Below are positions 38,274 to 47,600 of a DNA stretch of 64,000 nucleotides, piece after piece; the first letter of the stretch is position 1, and every line of letters starts with the position of its first letter. The DNA lies in assembly GCA_964615275.1 (NCBI GenBank), contig CAZTMN010000006.1, forward strand, positions 868 through 64,867, in the 5' to 3' direction. Origin of the DNA: an uncultured Beijerinckia sp. GTDB lineage: Bacteria > Pseudomonadota > Alphaproteobacteria > Rhizobiales > Beijerinckiaceae. The position numbers and the translations under genes are program-made. The notes beneath the pieces were generated by a model, which had not been told where the DNA came from, did not search any database, and saw only the letters and a list, made by a program, of their open reading frames with translations.

Positions 38274-38645
38274 TTATCCATCGTAACACAGGTAGGCGTG
38301 CTGTGGCGCCGACGGTGTTCCCTCAAGCGCACCTCCATCCGTGTCCGGTCGCCAGTCAAGAACTGAATCCAGTTTTGCCGCCAGGGCAAAATCGCGTTCG
38401 GTAACTCCGCCCGAATCATGGCTCCACAATGCGACTTCGACGCAATCGTACGTGACCGTCATTTGTGGATGGTGCCAGGCAACCTCGCACAGATGAGCGA
38501 TGGCATTGACCGCCATCAGCGTTCCCTTCCAGCCATGGGTTCTGAAATTGCGCCGTATGGCTCCGTCGCGGAAGGTCCAGTTGGGTAGGTCCGCTGCAAG
38601 GCGGGTGACGATCTCCTGATCGGTGTGAGCATATCTGGAATTCAT
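38274..38645 (-). CDS. phhB: Pterin-4-alpha-carbinolamine dehydratase
   Basis: LPNW, AWHHP, LWSHDSGGVTERDFALAAKLD. Confidence 0.9.
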   Translation of the reverse strand: MNSRYAHTDQEIVTRLAADLPNWTFRDGAIRRNFRTHGWKGTLMAVNAIAHLCEVAWHHPQMTVTYDCVEVALWSHDSGGVTERDFALAAKLDSVLDWRPDTDGGALEGTPSAPQHAYLCYDG

Positions 38646-38978
38646 GGGGCCATCCTCAACAGTTTGCGCGCTGTGACACTACAACATTTGCACGAATTGT
38701 GGTCGCGTGCATTCAAACGAAATAAGGTGCAGCCGGGACCAGGTATGAGACAGCGAATGTCGATGTCGTTTTCAAGTAAAAGGGCTGCCGGTTCACGATA
38801 CATCAACCCGAACCGGGGTTTTCCGATTTTGGGAATTCGGACATGGTGATGGTCAGAAAATACCCGCCGCCTTATTCGGAAGGCCCGACGCCTCCCCGGG
38901 GTGAGGTGTGAACATGCTGCAAACCGGTAGTCGTGCAGCGCTTCTGTAAACCGCTCCGGGCGGTTTTGCCCATGCCTC

Positions 38979-40028
38979 TCAACCGCTGGCGGCGCTTGGC
39001 GTGTCGCGTCCCGGCTTTGCACCGGTACCGGTTGCGTAGCGGTCCTGGAGAACAGCACTGGTCGTCTCGAAGTTCTCCTGCAGCCGCCTGGCGTATTCGC
39101 TGCCAAACTCGGCCAGGTTGCGATCGTCCGCTTCACGCCATTCAAGGCACATTTCATAGATTCCGCGGGCGCCGACATTCGCTGCACAGGGCCGTAAGGT
39201 GTGCGCTTGTTCGCGGAATGTGGCGCCATCCTGCGTGGCAATGGATGCCGTGATGTCCTTCAATATACGCGCGCCGTCGCTGACAAACTGGCCGACGATT
39301 TCGGCGGCGAAGTCAGGACCGCCAAGCGTAATCAAGTCCTGCATTGCCTGATCGTCAATCCGGCAGTCGCCGGTAGCATCGATCGGGCTCTCTCCGCCAC
39401 GGCTGGTTGCGGCGATCTGGAGGTTCGTCCCGTCTTTGGTAACACTATCGTGTAAGTCTTTGCTACGCGGGTTGAAATCGGCACTGCCGGACGATTTCGC
39501 CGGCGCCTGCCCGGCTGTTTCGCCATCGCTCTGGTTGGTTTCCGCGCCCGGTTCGCTGGCCGCGGCCTGCGCCTTCGCTGGTTACAACAGGGTATGGACC
39601 AGTTCAACAATCGCGGCAGGATCGAGCGGGCGCGTTATACTCCCGGAGAATTCCGTTTCCGCCTCGGGTGGCATGCCCGCTGCCTCGCCAGAAAACGTCT
39701 GCTCCAGGCGGACAAACGGTGTGCGTGGCGGCATCGGAAGGATAGGGCGCAATTGACGAGCCCAGGTGTCCTGTTCGTCGCGGGAACGTCCGCCGCCGAT
39801 AACCACAAGAGCGATATCCTTGTCTTCGTCCGGCAAGTGAAGTCCTTCGTCCGGCCGATCCACGCAAGTTACCTGGTACCCTGATTTCCGCAGTACGCTC
39901 GCGAGCATCACGCACGTGACCGGGTTCCGCTCGATCAGCAGGATGTGTGAATTTTCTTGCCCGGTCATCGTCCGTAAACCCGTCATGGGAATGTCTTGAT
40001 CAATTGTTCGCGCGCGGCTCAACTGCAA
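38979..40028 (-). pseudogene. Pseudo-receiver + linker + Hpt protein split by an in-frame TAA (39582-39584)
   Basis: The REC-like ORF 39582-40028 and the Hpt ORF 38979-39344 (AHTLRPCAANVGA) share a frame and are joined by 79 stop-free codons. Two separate genes is the alternative reading. Confidence 0.6.
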
Positions 40029-40085
40029 TATACGTACTTAACCTAGGCTACAAATCTTTATCAATCGTAATGAGCACGGACAAGG

Positions 40086-42268
40086 TCAGGCCGCCGGCGA
40101 AATCGCCCGGCGATACCCTGTGTGCCCCGGCCGATCACCGTGATTGGCCTGTTCAAGAAACTGTACCAATTCCGGCTCGCCCATCGGCTTGGCGAACAAA
40201 TAGCCTTGCAGTATGTCGCAATCTTCAATGCGAAGTTTCTCAGCTTGTTCGCTGGTTTCAACACCTTCGGCGACCACTTGCAGGTTGAGCGACCGCCCAA
40301 GCGTGATGATTGCCCGCACGATTGCTTCGTCACTTGGGTCACTGACGATGTTTTTCACGAAGCTTTGGTCGATCTTCAACACCGACACAGGCATGCGCTT
40401 GACGTAGCTCAGCGACGAGTAGCCGGTTCCAAAGTCATCAATCGATAGTTTCACGCCCATATCGACGAGTTGCTTGAGCTCGGTGCAGATATAATCGACG
40501 TCGTCAATCAGGATGCTTTCGGTAAGTTCAAGGGTAAGCCGTGAGGGCGGCAGACCTGTGTCGGCGAGTACGCGTGCAACAAGCAAGGGCACAGTACGCC
40601 GGCGGAATTGTACCGGCGACAGATTGACACTTACGCTCAGGGGACCGTCTGGTCCATCGGGCCAGCGTACGCATCCATGCAGGCTTGGCGCAACACCCAT
40701 TCGTTTATGGGTATGATGAGTCCATTCTCTTCCGCCCGTGGCAGGAAGTTGTTTGGAGATACCAGTCCGCGCGCCGGATCATTCCAGCGCAGCAAAGCCT
40801 CGACACTGACTGGCTGGCCCGTACGCGCATCGACAAGCGGCTGGTAATGCAGCACGAATTGCTTGCGTTCAACAGCTTTGCGTAACCGGCCATCGAGTAG
40901 CGCCGCCTCCCGCGCCCGCGCATCCATGTCCGCGGCGAAGAAGCAGAAATGATTGCCGCTTACGCGTTTTGCCTGGTACATGGCCAGGTCTGCATTCTTG
41001 AGCAGCTCCTCGTCTTGCTCGCCATCGGTTGGATACAGGGCGATACCGATCGAGGCGGTCACGTTCAGCGGCGCTTCTTCAAATTCCAGATTTTCCTCGA
41101 TGAGTTTCAATATGCGCGCCGCGCATTCCGCGGCGTCATCGCTGCAGGTGACCGCCGCCTGAACGACAGCGAACTCGTCGCCGCCCAGGCGCACAAGCAT
41201 ATCCTCATCGCGCATGTTTTCCTGCAACACGCTGGCCAGTTTCACGATAAAGCGGTCCCCTGCCGCATGCCCGAGTAGATCGTTGATCTGCTTGAACCCG
41301 TCCAGGTCGAACACATGAACCGCGAACAAGTGGTAGCCCCGCCGCGAACGCGCAATCAGTTTTCGCAATGCATCGTGGAGATAGGCCCGGTTCGGCAGTC
41401 CCGTCAGACTGTCGTGATGCGCCAGGTGGCGCAGGTGACTTTCCGTTCGTTTGCGCGCCGTGATATCAAGCGAGCTGGTGAGTACCGCTGATACCGAGCC
41501 GTCGTGCCGCATCAGGGACGCCTTGTTGGTCAGGTAGACTTTTGTTTCCCCGTCGGCGTCGGTCAATTCTTCCTCAAAGGGCGGCAGGGGTTTCGCGGAA
41601 TTCAGGACCAGTTCATCGAGAGCCCGATGGCGCGCCGCGTGCTCTGCACTCAGGAATTCCGAACCCTGCCGGCCTGCGATATCCTGCAGTTCCCGGCCGC
41701 AAAAACTGGCTTGGGCGGCGTTCGCGAATTGCAGCGTTCCATTCTGATCGATAGCCGAAATCATAACTGGAACCGTATCGATTACTTGCGCCAGTTGTTC
41801 CGAGGAATCGCGGAGCGCCGTTTCCCTGGTGCGCTCCGACAATTCAAGTTCGTGTGCCAGATGCGAGGCGCGTTCGCTCAGTAATTGTTGATGCTTTTGC
41901 AATTTGAGAAGATTGCGTGCCCGGGTAACGAATTCATAATGATCAACCGGGGAGTGTAGGAAGTCGGTGGCTCCTGCTTCCAACGCGCTCAGTCGGAAAC
42001 TGCGTTCTTCATAGACGGTAATAACGATCACCGGCACATCTTCGCAGTCCTCGATCGTCCGGAAGCGCCGGATGAACTCTGCACCGTTCAGATTGGGCAT
42101 CTTGTAATCTGTAATAATCAGGTCTGGCTTGTTGTCCTGAAGCCATTCAAGAGCTTCCTTGGGGTCTCCAAATGTCCGCACGGTCAAATTGGCTTCGATT
42201 GACGCCGCCAGCTTGGCAAAAATATTCCGGTTGCTAACCCGGTCGTCGACAATGACGATCAATGACAT
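40086..42268 (-). pseudogene. REC-PAS-GGDEF-EAL protein with a frameshift inside the EAL domain (about 40670)
   Basis: IVDD/ITDYKMP receiver, PAS region, [14 protein letters not shown] and VEALLRW. After QACMDA the EAL domain continues in another frame (VRWPDG...VNLSPVQF...ELTES...IDDFGTGYSSL...KIDQSF...EGVE...QGY). Confidence 0.85.
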
Positions 42269-42307
42269 GAAACCAACCCATGGCGGCTGGCCGTCGCCGC
42301 CCAATTA

Positions 42308-42323
42308 TTAACCTGCCGTCAAC
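42308..42323. promoter_or_regulatory. Possible CtrA-like site (one mismatch)
   Basis: TTAA-CCTGCCG-TCAAC, 40 nt upstream of the GGDEF-EAL start. Confidence 0.3.
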
Positions 42324-42504
42324 CCCTGTGAGCCGGGGGCTGTTCATCCGAGGTTGCCTCAGACAGCCAAATTTGCGCAATAAAGTTAAGTAATTGACTA
42401 ATACCGCTGGGGAAGATTGCGAATTTTGCCATCCCTGCCGGTCAAAGATCGACGCCAGATGCGTCATTCCGCCGCACATGCGTGTGCGGGCCTGCGGATT
42501 TTGG

Positions 42505-44601
42505 CTATTCCAGCCGAACAACAACGCTGTGCGTGTGTCCGTTTGCGTCAATAACGGATACCCGTGTAAAGCCCGGCCCATCAGGTTTCCATAACGCTTG
42601 CCGCCGCAAATTCGGCGCGCCGGACAATGGCGCCCCGTTGACCAGCCAGCGGAACGGTGCTTCGCCGCCTTGCACTTTCATAGCAAGTCTTGAGGCAATT
42701 CCATTCTTCCGCGTCAGGCCGAGGTCAACACGCGCCCCGTCCGGGGGATAGGCAATTTTCAATGTGCCGGTGCGTGTTGCCGCTACTGTCTTCGGTGCGT
42801 CCTTGCGCAGGTTTCGCAAGGGAGGGGGCAGTTGCGAGGTGCGTGCGACAATTGCGCCGGGAGGCTGGCGGATGACCTCCCGCGCGCCGCCAAGGCGGGA
42901 AAAAGCGTCGAACAGCGCAGGTGCTGCGAATTCGCGCGCGATCATCCCAGGCACCGCTCCATTGTCCGGCCGGCCGAACCAGACGGCGATCGTGTGCCCG
43001 CGGTCAAAGCCAACCGCGATGGCGTCACGAAACCCGTAAGACGTACCGGTTTTGAACGCGATGACGCCGCCGCGAGCGCTGGCGGGTGGTGGCGCACCGC
43101 GCAAAATATCCGCGACGTACCAGGCCGCGACATTTGAGGTAATGTGGCGGATCGGTTCGGGCTTGGCGACGGCATCCATCCGGTCACGCAATTCGGGTAG
43201 CGCTCCACCGCGCGCCAGACCCGAATAGAGCCGGCCAAGATCGTTGAGAGTAATACCCAGTCCGCCAAGCGCCAGCGCCAGTCCGGCGGGTGATGTATCG
43301 GGGATGACGATCCCGGCTCCGGCGTTCTTCAGGCGGGCAACGAATTGCGGCGCACCGATCTCATTGAGAACGGATACAGCCGGGATGTTGAGCGAATGCT
43401 GCAAGGCGGTGCGTGCCGTCACCTGGCCCTGGAATGCGAAGTCGAAATTTTCCGGCGCGTATTCGCCGTAGCGTGTACGCCGGTCTTCCAGCATGGTTTC
43501 CGGATGCGCCACTCCGTTTTCAAACGCCAGCGCGTAGATGAAAGGCTTTAGAGCAGAACCCGGGGAGCGCAACGCACGGGTCATGTCGTTGGCGCCGGCG
43601 CGCCGCCTGGAAAAGAAATCAGCGGAGCCGACGCGCGCCAAAACCTCGCCGGTGCGATTGTTTATGACAATCGCGGCGCCGGAAATCTCCGGGCCAATGC
43701 GATGGGCGTGCTCTGCGATCAATTGTTCTAGCGCCGTCTGCAAATCCTTGCTGTACGTGAAGCGCAATATTTTCTGGCTTCGATCGGTGCGGTGCGCCGC
43801 TTCGGTTGCATGGGCGGCCAGAGCAGGAAACCGACGGCGCGCGCGCGGCACGGGTTCGTTTTCGGCGCGCTCGGCCTCGGCCAGCGGCAGTAATCCGCTG
43901 TCGACCGCTCGTTTGAGCACGCGGGCGCGTGCAGCGCGGGCCACCTTCGCGAACCGATCTGGCCGGCGTGTTTCCGGTGATTGCGGCAGCGCTACCAGAA
44001 GCGCCCGTTCGCCGGTCGAAAGCCGCTTGGGTTCCTTGCCGAAATAGGCGATGGATGCAGCGCGCAGACCTTCGAGATTGCCGCCGTAGGGCGCCATTGC
44101 TAGATATAGATTGAGTATCTGTTTTTTTGAAAACCGCGCTTCCAGTTGCCATGCACGGGCAATCTGGCGCAGCTTTGTCGCCATTCCGCGCTTTTGGCCT
44201 GGCTCCAAAAGCCGCGCCAATTGCATGGTGAGTGTTGATCCGCCGGAGACGATTGCGCCGTTGGCCGCGTATTGCCAGGCCGCACGGGCGAGCCCCGCAA
44301 AATCCACGCCGCCATGATGATCGAAGCGCTTGTCTTCGTACATTATCAGCATGGCGATGAATCGCGGATCGGCGTCGGCAACCTTGATCGGCAGGCGCCA
44401 GCGGCCACCGGTTGTTGTAAACGGGCGGAGCAAACGTCCGGTGCGGTCAACGGCAATCGTGGAGGATTGCGCCGCTAGCGACAGGTCCAGCGGTCCGATC
44501 GAGCGCATGTATGCGCCCCAGCTCCACGGAACGCCGAGAGCCAGGGCCCCGGTTATGGCTGCACCATACAGCCAGCCCTTGTGCCGCGCGGCCTTCGCCA
44601 T
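42505..44601 (-). CDS. pbpC: Penicillin-binding protein 1C
   Basis: N-terminal anchor, YEDKRF, SGGSTLTMQLARLL, SALK (SxxK), SLN, KTGTS and a C-terminal PBP1C domain. Confidence 0.95.
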   Translation of the reverse strand: MAKAARHKGWLYGAAITGALALGVPWSWGAYMRSIGPLDLSLAAQSSTIAVDRTGRLLRPFTTTGGRWRLPIKVADADPRFIAMLIMYEDKRFDHHGGVDFAGLARAAWQYAANGAIVSGGSTLTMQLARLLEPGQKRGMATKLRQIARAWQLEARFSKKQILNLYLAMAPYGGNLEGLRAASIAYFGKEPKRLSTGERALLVALPQSPETRRPDRFAKVARAARARVLKRAVDSGLLPLAEAERAENEPVPRARRRFPALAAHATEAAHRTDRSQKILRFTYSKDLQTALEQLIAEHAHRIGPEISGAAIVINNRTGEVLARVGSADFFSRRRAGANDMTRALRSPGSALKPFIYALAFENGVAHPETMLEDRRTRYGEYAPENFDFAFQGQVTARTALQHSLNIPAVSVLNEIGAPQFVARLKNAGAGIVIPDTSPAGLALALGGLGITLNDLGRLYSGLARGGALPELRDRMDAVAKPEPIRHITSNVAAWYVADILRGAPPPASARGGVIAFKTGTSYGFRDAIAVGFDRGHTIAVWFGRPDNGAVPGMIAREFAAPALFDAFSRLGGAREVIRQPPGAIVARTSQLPPPLRNLRKDAPKTVAATRTGTLKIAYPPDGARVDLGLTRKNGIASRLAMKVQGGEAPFRWLVNGAPLSGAPNLRRQALWKPDGPGFTRVSVIDANGHTHSVVVRLE

Positions 44602-47600
44602 TATCGCGGCGCGGCAATCTTGATCGAACCGTAGGCCGTGCGGCCAAACCGGTCGGGCCGGTACATGTCCTCGATCACCGCCGGAGGCACAACATAATTG
44701 CCCGGCGTAACCGCCCGCACGATGTAGGCTGCGTAGAAGAAGGCCTTCTGGCGGCCATTGCGGTTGAACGCGGCAACAAAACGATCGTCGCGATACTCTG
44801 TATGAACCGGCGAAACCTTGCTTTTCAGCCAGGGCAATGAACGTACCGATCCACTGTCCACAAGGTTTGGATTGTCGATTTCGAGACCGGCCGGGAGCAT
44901 GTCGACCAGCAATAATCGGCCATAGGCAGCTTCGGTTTCCGTTACTTTCAGAACTGCGACCAGCCGATCGTTCTGGCGGATGTTGGCGAGATTGGCCGGC
45001 TTTCCGTTCATTGTGTAATAGGTGCGCTCGACAGAATAGCCCCGGGCTTCCGCCGGTCCGCGCACCGCCGGGAAACCGGAAGACGTCAGCACAACCTGAA
45101 CGGGCGCTGTCCCGGAGTTTCCGATTGATATCGAGCGGCCTTCAAGGGCACGGCCCTTTAGCGTCCGGTAGTAGGAACCACTATGGGGCTGGCCATCGAT
45201 CGTCAAAGCCATGTCGTTGGCCCGGTTTACAAGCGATGCGGCCGCCAGCACCATCCAGGCATTTTCCTGGGTGCTGGTGTAGGCAAGGGAACTGCGTTCC
45301 TCCTGCAGTTTTGCCGCCGCCTGGCTGATCAGGTTGGCTCCGGCTTTTGCCTCTGCTGCCAGCGCCAGGAAGCCGGCACTGTCGCGCAGGACCGATCCAT
45401 AGTCGGCGCGCGAATATTTCGAGCGCTTCGCGTCGCTTAGCGCCTGTCCGGCCGCTTCGAAGGCACGTGACGACCGGCCCCTGTCGCCGAGCAGCGCCAG
45501 CGCGGCGCCGATTTGCGCCCGCGCCAGAGCCGTCGTGAAGGAATTGATTTTTGTTTCTGCCATGTACCGCAGGTCGCCCATGACTGGCCGGCCGTTGCGC
45601 GCAAGAACGTAAACCGCATATGCGATATCGCGATTGTTGGAATTATTGATATCGGTTGTATTGGCGACCTGATTGCGCAGCCAGTCGAGAGCCTGGCTGA
45701 AGCCGCGCGCCGGAACCGAATATCCGCTTTCGCGGGCGCGGGTCAGGAAGTCGGTGACAAAGGCATCCAGCCACAGGTCCTGAGACCCGCCTGCCGACCA
45801 CAGGCCGAAGCGGCCGGCCGAGTCCTGACGCGCCATGACCCGGTCGATGGCCTTTTGCACCCGGGCCTTGGTGTCTCCGTCCAGCGCCAGTTGTTTCGAC
45901 GTCGCCAACTGGCTGACGTAGAGCAGCGGCATTGCGCGGCTGACAGTTTGTTCTGTGCAACCGTAGGGATACCGGTCGAGGGCCTGGAGCAGTGCGGGTA
46001 CATCAATGCCGGCATAGGGCGATGCCGCCAGCGAGATTGCCGCGGTACCCGGCAGGAAATCCGCCAGCACGTCGCTCGATACGGTGATCGATTGCCCCGG
46101 CGCAATACTGCGCACGACACGCCGATACAATTGAGCTGTTCCCGGTGCGATCCGCAGGCTGAATCTCTGCGGCGCTTTCAGATTGGGACCGTTGAGGGTC
46201 ATGGCAATTTCCGCCGTACCAATGCCGGCAGCCCGAACCGGGATGGAGAAAGCCGTCTTTTGTTTCGCTGCAAGCTGGAAGCGGTGGCGCAATGCGTCGG
46301 CCGCAATGGTGACCGGTCCGCGGACATCCACATCAACCGAATAATCGCCCGGCGCCCAATCGACATTGTCGATCTGGATATGGAACCGCGAAGCATCGCC
46401 GAAATTCAGGAACCGCGGCAGTGTCGCCTGCACAACGACCGGATCGCGGATGATCAGGTTCTTTTCCGCCGAGCCGACGCTGTTCTTCGACCACGCGACC
46501 GCCATGATCCGCGCGGTGCCGTTGAACGCCGGCAGCTCGAAGTTGATTTTTGCCGTGCCGTCTTCGCCGACTTTCACGATGCCGGAAAAGCGCGACAGCG
46601 GTTCCTGGGTCGGGCGGTTGCCTTCCGGCCCGCCGGGCGCCGCGTCGCCGCCGCTACGGATGGCTCCGCGTGTTCCCTGCATGCCATCGATCAACAGGCC
46701 GTAGACGTCGCGGATCGCCGACGACAATTGCCGCTGACCAAAGAAGTAAGGCGTCGGGTTCGGTGTTTTGAAGCGGGTGAGATTGAGAATCCCGACATCG
46801 ACCGCTGCAACGGTGACATAGGCTTCTTCGTTTGGCGCAAGCCCGTCGATTCTCAGCGGGACCGTCAGCGTCTGGCGTGGCCGGACCTTGTCGGGCGTCT
46901 GGATTGCGATTGCCAGCTTGCGCTTGCCTGCGTCGACGGAAAATGCAGCAAGGCCGAGCGCGCGCCCGGGCATGCGCCGCGCTGCGCTGTCAAGCGGCCG
47001 GTGCGCGATGGCGATCGCATAGGCGGACGCGCCCCAATCGCCGGTAACCGGAATCGCGATTTCATTGTCGCCGGTCTTGACGTCCGCCAGCCGCATCTCG
47101 CGAACCTGGTCGCTGACGATCACGATGGTGGCCCTGCCGTTGAAGCGCGAATTGATGCGCAGCTTCATGGTCTCACCGGCGGCGTAGTCTTTATTGTCGA
47201 GAGAAATTTCCAGGAGATCGGGAGTGTTGGCGGAAACGTCGCCGGACCAGCCAGCGCTGAAATTGACACTGACCGGTGCAAAGCTTGCGTCGTCGGATTT
47301 TATTTCGAGCCTGTGCGCACCCCAGCGCACCGGCATCGACAATTTGGCCGCCTGGCCGGACAGTGCATCCACACTGCCTTCGAGAATTTTCTGCGAGGAT
47401 CGAACGCGTTCGAATTGCCAGCGCCCGCCGGAATTGTACCATTGGTAGGAATTGCTGACACGGTATAGCGTCCAGCTCAGTTTCGGCGCGGCAACGCGCT
47501 TGCCGTCCGCATCAAGAGCGATCAGGTCGAAAGTCGCGTTGGAGCCCTCGCGTAAACTATCAAACGTGTTCTTGATCGCCAGCAGCTTTTTGCCTTGGGT

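Noticed and set aside
38646-38978. 330-bp intergenic region as a small RNA
   Set aside because: I could not recognise a family motif or clear terminator. An Rfam/Infernal search and RNA-seq would be needed.
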